Shown: in pieces, positions 9,686 through 18,634 of the stretch | Layout: each line of letters begins with the position of its first letter | How positions within the stretch are numbered: the stretch's first letter is position 1 | DNA from: Gammaproteobacteria bacterium | Lineage (GTDB): Bacteria; Pseudomonadota; Gammaproteobacteria; Steroidobacterales; Steroidobacteraceae | Assembly: GCA_009692285.1 (NCBI GenBank) | Contig: SHZO01000001.1 | Location: forward strand, 1 to 50,246 | Direction of reading: 5' to 3' | Length of the DNA: 50,246 nt | The notes under the pieces: generated by a model | Told to the model about the DNA's origin: nothing | The model's input: only the letters and a program-made list of their open reading frames with translations | Database searches by the model: none | Translations under genes and position numbers: made by a program

Positions 9686-9849
9686 TATTTTTCCTTCTGA
9701 GGAGTTCTGGGCAGTTGGCCTGTAATTATAACTGCTGGGGGCCTATTTCGTCCGCGAGCTGGGGCAGCCAATTGTGTAGAAAATCGTATTTTTTTATACA
9801 AATGAGCGCTCGACACACGCTCTATAGCGCGTTAGCGTGCCGCCCGCTT

Positions 9850-11775
9850 ATGCAAGATATTCATGAAATTCTTGGCTCCGATGGGCCTCTCGCACGCCAT
9901 TTAGAGGGCTTTACGCCTCGGCGTGCGCAGTTGCGCATGGCCGAAGCGGTGGCTTCGGCGCTCGCGCGCCGTGAGCACCTCGTGGTCGAAGCCGGTACGG
10001 GCACAGGCAAAACCTTCGCATATCTAGTGCCTGCGCTTTTAGGTGGGCAGCGTGTACTCATTTCAACCGGCACGCGTACTTTGCAAGATCAGTTGTTTAC
10101 TAAAGACGTGCCTTTGGTGGCGAGCGCGCTTGGGGCGCCGGCAAAAATTGCATTGCTGAAAGGTAGATCAAATTATTTGTGTATATATCGCCTGAAAAGC
10201 CAAGTCGCACAGGGGGTGCTAGCAGGCATACCGTTGCGTGATCCAATGCTCGCGCGCATTCAGGCGTGGTCGAACACGACCTCACAAGGTGACCTGTCAG
10301 AAATTGCCGGCTTGACCGATGCGCACTCCGTATGGCCATTGGTAACCTCTACTCGTGATAATTGTTTGGGTCAGCGCTGTAGTGATTACGCGCAATGTCA
10401 TGTGGTGGCCGCTCGGCGAGAGGCGCAAGAGGCTGATATTGTAATTGTTAATCACCATTTGTTATTAGCTGATCTCGCACTCAAAGAAGACGGCTTTGGC
10501 GATTTACTCGGCAGCGCTGATGCCATCATTTTAGATGAAGCGCATCAATTGCCCGATCTTGCCACGCAGTTCTTTGGTGTGCAGGCTAGCAGTCGGCAAG
10601 TAGAGCACGTGTTAACAGATGGCCGTGCCGTGTTGCTGCGCGCTGGCGGCTCTTTGGCGGAAATAGGGGCCGCAACACGAGAGGTTGAGGTAGCTCTAGG
10701 AGCCGTGCTGGCCTCTTTGCCGCGCGCTGCCGCGCGCCTTCGCTGGGAAGAGTGCACGACAGATCTAGAATCTTTGGTGTTGGCTGTGGTGGCTGCGCTG
10801 CGTATTTTTACGACAGCGTTAGAGCGCGCCTCGCGCGAACCGGCTGTGGAGCTGGCGGCTAAACGTGCCACGGATCTGGCGCATGCTCTGGAGCGCATTG
10901 CCTTGTGTGGTGATGATTTAGGTGCTCGTACCATGGAGGCTAATGGACACTCTTTTATCTTGGGCTTGCTACCTTTTGATATTGCTGCTCGCTTTGATGG
11001 CTTACTGCGTGCGCGCCCGGCAGCCTGGATTTTTACTTCAGCCACCTTGTCGATTGGGGAGGACTTTGCACACTTTGTTACGCGCTTAGGGTTACACAGC
11101 GCCACCCAGTTACACATCCCGAGTCCTTTTGATTTTGAGAATCAGGCGCTGCTGTATTTGCCAAAAAAAATGCCTGACCCGACCGAACCTGGTTATATCG
11201 AAGCGTTGATCGAGACGGCTCTGCCACTGCTTGATGCTTCCGCAGGCGGTGCATTTTTGCTCTTTACGAGTCATCGTGCTTTAGCACAGGCGGCCACCTT
11301 GTTGCGTGCCCACTGGGATGGCGCGATTGAATTACGTCTTTTAGTACAAGGAGAGAGTCCGCGAGAGCAGCTGCTGCGTGAGTTTCGTGAGCATGGCAAT
11401 GCAGTGCTCTTGGGTACCGCAAGCTTTTGGGAAGGAGTTGATGTGAAAGGTGCTGCGCTACGCTTGGTGATTATTGAGAAACTACCTTTTGCCTCTCCAG
11501 AGGATCCTTTAGTCAAAGCGCGCATCGATTTTTTACGTCGACGCGGCGAGAATCCATTCCGTGACTACCAGTTACCCGAGGCCGTCTTGGCCCTAAAACA
11601 AGGGGTCGGGCGTTTGATCCGTAGTGAGGAAGATCGTGGCATGATCGTAATCTTTGACCCGCGTTTGATGAGTAAAGGTTATGGGCGCATGTTTCGTGCC
11701 AGCCTGCCACCCATGCCGATTACTCAAGAGCCTGCTGAGGCTTTGCGATTTTTGAAAAAATTAGAGCGTACTTAA
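9850..11775 (+). CDS. yoaA: DinG-family ATP-dependent DNA helicase, YoaA-like (Fe-S XPD/Rad3 type)
   Basis: [18 protein letters not shown] Walker A, DEAH box (ILDEAHQL), four Cys of the Fe-S domain. The N-terminus aligns with E. coli YoaA from MQDIHEILG. The track start at 9664 overlaps pckG and is rejected; 9802 is an alternative start. Confidence 0.8.
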   Translation: MQDIHEILGSDGPLARHLEGFTPRRAQLRMAEAVASALARREHLVVEAGTGTGKTFAYLVPALLGGQRVLISTGTRTLQDQLFTKDVPLVASALGAPAKIALLKGRSNYLCIYRLKSQVAQGVLAGIPLRDPMLARIQAWSNTTSQGDLSEIAGLTDAHSVWPLVTSTRDNCLGQRCSDYAQCHVVAARREAQEADIVIVNHHLLLADLALKEDGFGDLLGSADAIILDEAHQLPDLATQFFGVQASSRQVEHVLTDGRAVLLRAGGSLAEIGAATREVEVALGAVLASLPRAAARLRWEECTTDLESLVLAVVAALRIFTTALERASREPAVELAAKRATDLAHALERIALCGDDLGARTMEANGHSFILGLLPFDIAARFDGLLRARPAAWIFTSATLSIGEDFAHFVTRLGLHSATQLHIPSPFDFENQALLYLPKKMPDPTEPGYIEALIETALPLLDASAGGAFLLFTSHRALAQAATLLRAHWDGAIELRLLVQGESPREQLLREFREHGNAVLLGTASFWEGVDVKGAALRLVIIEKLPFASPEDPLVKARIDFLRRRGENPFRDYQLPEAVLALKQGVGRLIRSEEDRGMIVIFDPRLMSKGYGRMFRASLPPMPITQEPAEALRFLKKLERT

Positions 11776-11776
11776 C

Positions 11777-12520
11777 TTGCAATATTTTAATTTATTGGCG
11801 ATAGAGACCTCTACCGAAGCGTGCTCTGTCGCTTTAAGTGTGCAAGGCGTGCATTACTTGCGTTGGCAAGAAGCCCCGCGGGGCCATGCAGAATTAGTGC
11901 TGCCAATGGTTGATGCGGTGCTGCAAGAAGCGCATACCGCACTCAAAGACTTAGATGCCATTATTTTAGATCGAGGCCCCGGTAGTTTCACGGGCGTGCG
12001 TTTAGCAGCCAGTGTAGTGCAGGGGTTGGCCTTTGGCGCACAAAAACCAGTCGTGCTCGTGTCCTGTTTACAAGCCGTCGCACTTCAAGCATTGCAGCAA
12101 TATCCCACCGCCACACATGTGCTGGTATGCAATGATGCGCGTATGCAAGAGGTCTATACCTGCGCTTATGCACGTGCGAATGTGGTGGGCAATAATGCTA
12201 TGCTTGCGCCGGTTGCTTTAATGCTTGAGCAGGTTTGCTCTCCTGAATCGGTCTGTTTGCCGGCGCTCCAGAGCAGCTCTGCAGTGCCTGTGTGGGTTGG
12301 TGCTGGCCGTGGTTTCTCTGCTTATGCGGCGGGGCTTGCCCCCATAAGAGAATCTTTGGTTGAGGTTTTTGGACAAATACTGCCTTCGGCAACCGAGGTT
12401 TTAATTTTGGGTGAGTGGCAAGTACGCGCAGGTGTTCGACTCCCCGCCCATGCAGCGCAACCAATTTACGTGCGCAACAATGTTGCCAAGCCTTCTATTA
12501 TTAAATCTGTTAAAACGTAA
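11777..12520 (+). CDS. tsaB: tRNA t6A37 biosynthesis protein TsaB (YeaZ)
   Basis: TTG start. N-terminal [14 protein letters not shown] and [10 protein letters not shown] motifs. Sits next to yoaA, as in E. coli. Confidence 0.8.
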   Translation: MQYFNLLAIETSTEACSVALSVQGVHYLRWQEAPRGHAELVLPMVDAVLQEAHTALKDLDAIILDRGPGSFTGVRLAASVVQGLAFGAQKPVVLVSCLQAVALQALQQYPTATHVLVCNDARMQEVYTCAYARANVVGNNAMLAPVALMLEQVCSPESVCLPALQSSSAVPVWVGAGRGFSAYAAGLAPIRESLVEVFGQILPSATEVLILGEWQVRAGVRLPAHAAQPIYVRNNVAKPSIIKSVKT

Positions 12521-12578
12521 ATGTCATCAGTTTGCAATAAATGCCCTGTGTAATATGAGTGTTACAAGGAAGCTCCTC

Positions 12579-13274
12579 ATGTCAAGCAAGCGCATACTCA
12601 TCATCGAAGATGAAAAACCGATCCGAGAGATGATCGCCTTTGGCTTGCGCCGCGCGGGTTTCGAAGTCGCTGAGGCGCAAGATTGCCGCGCTGGGCGTAC
12701 CTTGCTGGTTGATAAAAGACCGGATCTCATTTTAGTTGATTGGATGCTGCCCGATATGAGTGGGTTAGAGTTCACTCGGCAGTTAAAACGCGATACCAGC
12801 ACGCGTGAGTTGCCTATCATCTTGCTCACCGCGCGGGCTGAAGAGACTGATAAGGTCGCTGGATTAGAAGGCGGCGCAGATGACTATGTCACCAAGCCCT
12901 TCTCCCCGCGTGAGTTGGTTGCAAGGATCAACGCAGTGTTGCGACGTGCAACCACTGATGTGGCGGGGGAGGTATTGGAGTTTGATGGCCTGCATTTGGA
13001 TCAAGCGGGCCACCGCGTCGTAGCGGGTGATCGTGCCGTGATCTTAGGGCCCACCGAATACCGCATGCTCGAGTTTTTTATGACCCATCCTGAGCGTGTC
13101 TATTCCCGTGAGCAGTTACTCGATCGAGTTTGGGGTGGCAATGTCTATGTTGAAGAACGTACGATTGATGTTCATATTCGCCGCCTGCGTAAAGCGCTAG
13201 AGGAATTCGGTTACGATCGCTTTGTCCAAACCGTTCGCGGGGCGGGTTACAGGTTCTCAACCCGCGCGGAGTAG
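12579..13274 (+). CDS. phoB: phosphate regulon response regulator PhoB
   Basis: Start chosen at [12 protein letters not shown] with an AGGAAG SD. Receiver domain ([14 protein letters not shown]) plus OmpR-type winged helix ([25 protein letters not shown]). Confidence 0.9.
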   Translation: MSSKRILIIEDEKPIREMIAFGLRRAGFEVAEAQDCRAGRTLLVDKRPDLILVDWMLPDMSGLEFTRQLKRDTSTRELPIILLTARAEETDKVAGLEGGADDYVTKPFSPRELVARINAVLRRATTDVAGEVLEFDGLHLDQAGHRVVAGDRAVILGPTEYRMLEFFMTHPERVYSREQLLDRVWGGNVYVEERTIDVHIRRLRKALEEFGYDRFVQTVRGAGYRFSTRAE

Positions 13275-13318
13275 CGGCACTGAATAATTTAGCTGGCTGG
13301 AGTTTCGTTATTACCCGT

Positions 13319-14623
13319 TTGCTGCTGACTGCAGCGGCAGGTGTGCTCTTGGGACTTTTTTTAGATCAGATTTATGTGGGTTTGATTTTGGTGGTGGCTT
13401 TGACTTTGGGCATTCAATTGCGCCAACTTTGGCTGCTCGATGACTGGCTACGCCACCGAAATTTTCGAACTCAACCCGAGAGCGACGGATTGTGGGGCGA
13501 TATCATTTCTTTGGTTTCGAATTTGCACCGGCGCAAGCAGTTTCACAAAAAACGCATTTTAAATTTATTTCGTGAGTTGCGGCGCTCGACTGCCTCCATG
13601 CCCGATGGCGTGGTGGCTATCAACGCCGCGCACGAGATTGTTTGGTTTAATCGTAAAGCCGGTGAGTTATTAGGCCTGCGGCGCAAAACTGATTTTGGTA
13701 TTCGGATTGCAGGGTTGCTGCGTTCGCCAAAATTTTCGCGTTATCTCGAGAAAGCAGATTTCAATATGGGTGTTCTGGTGCACCCGCATCCTGGTGAGTC
13801 AATCTGCCTTGAGTTTCAAGGTGTGCCCTACGGTGAGGGTCAGGTATTTTTACTGGTCCGTAATGTGACACGCCAAAATCAGTTAGAAGTTATGCGCAAA
13901 GATTTCATTGCCAACGCTTCACATGAGTTACGTTCGCCATTGACGGTCATCGCTGGGTACTTAGAAGTCTTATCTACGGATCCAGCGCTCGTTGAGCAAT
14001 TACGCGAACCTGTGCTTGAGATGCGACGCCAGTCAGAGCGTATGACCACCATACTATCTGATCTATTAGAGCTCTCGCGACTCGAAGCGACCGATGAACA
14101 GGTGGTCGGTTCGGCCATTGATATGCCTGCCTTGTTTGGAGCGCTGCGCAAAGATGTGGCGGCACGTAAGTTAGCATCGCCTGAGATTTTGCTGCAAATC
14201 GAAACTGCAGATGACTTGTTGGGTGATCTTGGTTTAGTACACTCGGCAATTTTGAACTTACTAGATAATGCTCTGAAATATGCGCCAGATTCGACAGAGA
14301 TCACCCTGCGTTGGTCGGCTGATTTGACCGGAGGACATTGTGCAGTCATTGATACGGGTCCAGGTATTGCCAGTGAGCATCTGCCACGCCTCACGGAGCG
14401 TTTCTACCGCGTGGATCCAAGCCGTGCTCGTGCTACTGGGGGCTCTGGTTTGGGGCTAGCCATTGTGCGCCATGTCATGCAGCGCCATGGTGGGGAGCTT
14501 AAAATTCATAGTCTCCAAGGGCAGGGTAGTTCATTTACGTGCCATTTCCCCCCTCAACGCTTGATTCATCATACCGTCGCAAATATTAGCGACACTCGTT
14601 ATTCTTCGATCACTCAGGCCTGA
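13319..14623 (+). CDS. phoR: phosphate regulon sensor histidine kinase PhoR
   Basis: Two N-terminal TM segments, PAS region, H box SHELRSPLT, HATPase motifs (DTGPGI, GGSGLGLAIV), PRLTERFYRVD as in E. coli PhoR. The true start is probably an in-frame CTG at 13280 (see findings). Confidence 0.9.
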   Translation: MLLTAAAGVLLGLFLDQIYVGLILVVALTLGIQLRQLWLLDDWLRHRNFRTQPESDGLWGDIISLVSNLHRRKQFHKKRILNLFRELRRSTASMPDGVVAINAAHEIVWFNRKAGELLGLRRKTDFGIRIAGLLRSPKFSRYLEKADFNMGVLVHPHPGESICLEFQGVPYGEGQVFLLVRNVTRQNQLEVMRKDFIANASHELRSPLTVIAGYLEVLSTDPALVEQLREPVLEMRRQSERMTTILSDLLELSRLEATDEQVVGSAIDMPALFGALRKDVAARKLASPEILLQIETADDLLGDLGLVHSAILNLLDNALKYAPDSTEITLRWSADLTGGHCAVIDTGPGIASEHLPRLTERFYRVDPSRARATGGSGLGLAIVRHVMQRHGGELKIHSLQGQGSSFTCHFPPQRLIHHTVANISDTRYSSITQA

Positions 14624-14644
14624 GCGCCTTTTAGGAACACCAGT

Positions 14645-15370
14645 ATGGAAACCGCAGATCTCTCTCAACATATTTCGCGACGCTTTAATGAGGATTTAGA
14701 GCGGGTTAGAACTCAGATGCTCGAGATGGGTGGTTTTGTCGAGCAACAGCTTGCACGCGCCATTCTCGCCTTGGTGGAGGGCGATAGCCTAATGGGAGAG
14801 CAGGTGGCCCGCGATGACTTGAAGGTCAATACAATGGAATTGTCACTCGATGAAGAGTGCTCTCGAATTTTAGCTACTCGCGCTCCAGCTGCTGGGGATT
14901 TGCGTTTAATTGTTGCCATCATCAAGGGCATTACGGATTTAGAACGTATGGGAGATGAGTGCGAAAAGATTGGCTATCTTGCTGCACGATTAGCTACGCA
15001 AGAGCGCCCAGCAGATAAATATCGTGAAGTAAAGCATCTCGGCCGCATTGTGCAAGAAATGGTACGTGATTCTCTGGATGCTTTTGCGCGTATGGATCCG
15101 GAAGCGGCGTTGCGTGTGGCTCGGCGTGACAGCTTAGTCGATGAAGAGTATGAAGCCATACAGCGCCAGTCCATCACTTTCATGATGGAAGACCCTCGTC
15201 AAATTCGACGTGCGCTTGATGTAATGTGGGCTGTACGCGCATTAGAGCGCATCGGGGACCATGCGAAAAACATCTGTGAATATGTGGTGTACATGGTGCA
15301 TGGCAAAGATATCCGTCATGTGAGTCTCGATGAGGCTGAGATTAGTTTGGGTAAGTCAGGCGCCGCTTAG
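14645..15370 (+). CDS. phoU: phosphate signalling accessory protein PhoU
   Basis: 241 aa with two PhoU repeats, each ending in the E(R)xGD motif (LERMGDE, LERIGDH). Confidence 0.9.
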   Translation: METADLSQHISRRFNEDLERVRTQMLEMGGFVEQQLARAILALVEGDSLMGEQVARDDLKVNTMELSLDEECSRILATRAPAAGDLRLIVAIIKGITDLERMGDECEKIGYLAARLATQERPADKYREVKHLGRIVQEMVRDSLDAFARMDPEAALRVARRDSLVDEEYEAIQRQSITFMMEDPRQIRRALDVMWAVRALERIGDHAKNICEYVVYMVHGKDIRHVSLDEAEISLGKSGAA

Positions 15371-15882
15371 TGATCGAGTACAGCTCACAAAAAAGACAAT
15401 TTGTGAATGCCTGTGGTGCTTTAATTTGCTCGTTACTTTTGGCTTATGCTTTGTATGCCGAATATGTGCTGGGTTTTGAGCCGTGCCCACTTTGTATTTT
15501 TGAGCGTATTGGGGTGTTATTTTTAGGATTTATATTCTTACTTGCTGCGCTGCACAATCCTCGTTCATTTTTCGTGAATCGTCTCTACGCGGTTCTGATC
15601 GCCCTTGTTGCAGCATTCCCGATCTATGTGGCAGGGCGTCACGTTTATATTCAGAGTTTGCCCCCGGGTACTGTGCCCTCTTGCGGGGCTTCGCTTGATT
15701 ACATGTTAAATGTATTTCCCGTGCTCACAGTACTTAAAAAAGTACTCACGGGTGCAGGTGAGTGCGCAAGGATTGATTGGGCTTTTCTAGGTTTGGCGAT
15801 GCCCGCTTGGGTTCTAATTTCAGTACTCTCCTTGGCGGCTTTGGGGATTTGGATAAACACCAGGCGTGTCTCAATAATTTAA
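15370..15882 (+). CDS. dsbB: disulfide bond formation protein B
   Basis: 170 aa, four TM segments, CPLC redox pair in the first periplasmic loop and a second Cys pair (C...C) in the second. GTG start overlaps the phoU stop by 1 nt. Confidence 0.8.
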   Translation: MIEYSSQKRQFVNACGALICSLLLAYALYAEYVLGFEPCPLCIFERIGVLFLGFIFLLAALHNPRSFFVNRLYAVLIALVAAFPIYVAGRHVYIQSLPPGTVPSCGASLDYMLNVFPVLTVLKKVLTGAGECARIDWAFLGLAMPAWVLISVLSLAALGIWINTRRVSII

Positions 15883-15929
15883 TATTAAGATCATGTCATT
15901 GTCATAGGCGGTGAGCATAATTTTCTTTC

Positions 15930-16756
15930 ATGATCTCACCCGCATCCTCGCACATGAAAGTGCGCAGTGTTTTCATCTCCGACGTCCACCTTGGGACACG
16001 GGGCTGCAACTCATCGGCATTGCTTGAATTCTTGCGTGAGGTTCAGACCGATCATTTGTATTTGGTCGGTGACATTATTGACTTGTGGAGCCTGCGCAAA
16101 ACTTTCTATTGGCCACAAGAACACAATAATGTGCTGCGTACTATTCTTGGTAAGGCGAAGTATGGCACCCGCGTGATTTTTGTGCCCGGTAACCACGATG
16201 AGGATTTTCGTGAGTTTGTGGGCACTAGTTTTGGGAATCTTGAGATTTTACGCGACTGTATTCACCTCACGGCACTGGGGCAGCGGCTGTTGGTGTTGCA
16301 TGGGGATGAGTTTGATAGCATCGTAAAATTTCATCCATGGCTTACAGCTTTTGGTTCGCGCGCTTATGATTCTTCAATTGAGATCAATCGACATTTCAAC
16401 CGCATACGTCAATTTTTTGTTATCCTTATTGGTCTGTCGCTAGTTATCTGAAAGATAAGGTCAAAAATGCAGTTAAATATATTTCAAGTTTCGAGCACGC
16501 TGTGGCGCATGAGGCGCGGCGTCGTAACGTCGATGGTGCAGTCTGCGGTCATATTCATCGCGCTGAGATCACGTATATTAATGGTGCAGTGTATTGCAAT
16601 GATGGTGATTGGGTTGAGAGCTGTTCGGCATTGGTTGAAGATCGCAATGGTCGGCTGGCCATCTGGAAGTGGAATGAAATGCGTGACGGTATGCGTCCTG
16701 TCTTGGGCGGGACTCGCCCTGACAGCTCCCCCGCCCTCGGAGCGAACTTCGGCTAG
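15930..16756 (+). pseudogene. LpxH-like/PlcP-like metallophosphoesterase, interrupted by a single-base frameshift
   Basis: Frame 0 (15930-16451) carries DVHLG, GDIIDLW, PGNHDE and LHGDEFD. The rest of the same family (YPYWSVASYLKDKVKNAV...ARRRNVDGAVCGHIHRAEI...NDGDWVESCSALVE) continues in frame 2 from about 16421 to 16756. The junction is at the T6 run 16413-16418. Confidence 0.65.
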
Positions 16757-17432
16757 CGCAGAGGCTGTGATTACCTCGCCCGTAGCGCGCGGACAAAAAA
16801 TAAATATTGAATTCTATGATTGTGGTAACAAGCTGGTAGGTATTTGGCGCAGCATGGATCGCAGTGAGGGGCGATCTCTGAGCGCTCGTGAAGATCTCGA
16901 ACTTACAGAGACGGGCTGGTCGCGTTATCGGCTTACGCGGGCCAATGTTGACCAAGATTTCTTAGTTATAAGACGATTGACCACGGTGGATATCGAATCG
17001 CGCAGTCAGAAAGGAGTCAAGCATTCTTCACTCAAAGTGCCGGTCGGAGTTTTGGTGGGGTCCCAGCTAGCGCTTTATCTTGAGCAGCATTTATCGCACC
17101 TTAAGTTAGGGCGAGTACTGGAGTTCAATTATCTCGTCCCTGATAGAGAGATGGTGGTTGCCTTTCGTGCTAAATTTTCTGGCTGGGGTGCCGAGGGGCG
17201 TGCGAATGTACATATGTATGCCGCGTCAATATTGTTGAGGCCCTTTGTACCTAATACTGATCTGGTATTTGATGCCCAGGGTCGATTCATCGCAATGAAT
17301 GGCCGGCTGTTGAACCAAGCGGGCAGTTCTCGGAAACCAGAGCTGCTCGATGGATCGCTTAAAATTGTGCAACGTGGGCTGCCTGTACATTTACTGACAT
17401 TAAATTGTAATAAGGCAGGTGTAAATTATTGA
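16674..17432 (+). CDS. hypothetical secreted protein, no recognisable family
   Basis: A 759-nt open frame. Start chosen at MKCVTVCVLSWAGLALTA (signal-peptide-like), preceded by GGAAG. The upstream part of track ORF 16467-17432 is out-of-frame overlap with the phosphoesterase. Confidence 0.5.
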   Translation: MKCVTVCVLSWAGLALTAPPPSERTSASAEAVITSPVARGQKINIEFYDCGNKLVGIWRSMDRSEGRSLSAREDLELTETGWSRYRLTRANVDQDFLVIRRLTTVDIESRSQKGVKHSSLKVPVGVLVGSQLALYLEQHLSHLKLGRVLEFNYLVPDREMVVAFRAKFSGWGAEGRANVHMYAASILLRPFVPNTDLVFDAQGRFIAMNGRLLNQAGSSRKPELLDGSLKIVQRGLPVHLLTLNCNKAGVNY

Positions 17433-17482
17433 GTAATGCGAATTTTGATGCTCTCTGATGTGTTTTCCCTCGGGTCAATGGA

Positions 17483-18634
17483 GTGTCGACTTCGATTGAA
17501 ACATATCGAGCAGATTTACAAGCACTCGGTCATGAGTGCGTTTTAGTCGCTCCAAAATATCCCCCGCTGCAGTTCGATCATCTTCGACGCACAGAGTCGC
17601 TGGATACCATTCGTATTCAAGCTTGGCAGGTTCCCTTCGATCCAGAAGATCGTCTACTGAAATGGAGATCTTTGATGGCTTGGGCTAATACTCTTAGGCC
17701 TACAGATGTGGATGTCGTGCACATCCAAACTCCTTTCACTGCGCATTACGCAGGCGTTCGCATTGCGCGTCGTTTAGGGGTCCCGGTCGTTGCCACTTAC
17801 CATACTTATTTTGAGAACTACCTGCACCACTATGTGCCTGCTTTACCGATAAGTTGGGCGCGTTTTGTGGCGCGTCGTTTTACCCTCTCGCAGTGCCATC
17901 AGGAGCAGGCGGTAGTTTCACCCTCCATACAGATGGCCGAGGCGCTGCGTGCGTATGGGGTGCGCACACCAATCGAAGTATTACCAACAGGGTTACCGCC
18001 CAGCTTTTTTGTACCCGGTAATGGGGCGCGTTTTCGTGCAGCGAAAGGCATCACACCGCAGCGCCCCGTGGCCTTGTTTGTCGGTCGTGTGGCGCATGAA
18101 AAGAATATCGATTTCTTAGTTAAAATGTTGGTTGAGCTCAAAGCGCGTATTCCGGATATCTTGCTTGTGATCGCTGGTGAAGGACCTGCTGAGGCACATA
18201 TTCGTGCCCTCGTGAGTACACTGAATCTCCAGGGTAATGTTTTATTTGTAGGTTACATGAAGCGTAACTCTGAACTCTTAGACTGTTATCGAGCCGCCGA
18301 TGTTTTCGTGTTTGCCTCGCGCACTGAGACACAAGGTCTCGTCTTGCTTGAAGCTCTCGCTCAGGGAACACCGGTGATTTCTACGGCCGTCATGGGTACC
18401 GCTGCGGTATTGGCAGGAGTTAAAGGTGCGGTGGTGGTGCCAGAGGAAGTCATCTTTTTTGCGGAGGCTGTCGCGAGCTTGCTACGCGATTCAGAGCGGC
18501 GTTTGGATCTTGCGAGTTTTGCCCTTGAAGATGCGGCCCGTTGGTCCTCTCGTAATTTTGCAGAGCGTTTAGTACGTTTATATGAAAGTCTAGTTGAGGC
18601 TGATATTGCACCTGTTGAGGCATTTAAGGCGTGA
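17483..18634 (+). CDS. GT4-family glycosyltransferase (Agt-like), apparent 5' frameshift
   Basis: GT-B fold with the C-terminal TETQGLVLLEALAQGTPVIS (E-x7-E type) motif. The conserved N-terminus MRILMLSDV lies in another frame from ATG 17436, and FPRVNGVSTSI continues in this frame. Confidence 0.75.
   Translation: MSTSIETYRADLQALGHECVLVAPKYPPLQFDHLRRTESLDTIRIQAWQVPFDPEDRLLKWRSLMAWANTLRPTDVDVVHIQTPFTAHYAGVRIARRLGVPVVATYHTYFENYLHHYVPALPISWARFVARRFTLSQCHQEQAVVSPSIQMAEALRAYGVRTPIEVLPTGLPPSFFVPGNGARFRAAKGITPQRPVALFVGRVAHEKNIDFLVKMLVELKARIPDILLVIAGEGPAEAHIRALVSTLNLQGNVLFVGYMKRNSELLDCYRAADVFVFASRTETQGLVLLEALAQGTPVISTAVMGTAAVLAGVKGAVVVPEEVIFFAEAVASLLRDSERRLDLASFALEDAARWSSRNFAERLVRLYESLVEADIAPVEAFKA

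Noticed and set aside
9664-9849. N-terminal extension of the helicase ORF given by the track (start 9664)
   Set aside because: It overlaps the pckG start on the other strand and has no similarity to YoaA. The alignment with E. coli YoaA begins at the Met at 9850.
10545-11117. 190-aa ORF antisense to the yoaA-like helicase (similar cases at 13879-14394 in phoR and 23271-23747 in pstC)
   Set aside because: These are Ala/Arg/Ser-rich shadow frames opposite strongly supported genes. They have no start context and no recognisable motifs.
16467-16673. First 69 codons of the 321-aa track ORF 16467-17432
   Set aside because: This stretch is the out-of-frame reading of the conserved C-terminal part of the LpxH/PlcP-like gene. 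The plausible start of the downstream gene is the signal-peptide Met at 16674.
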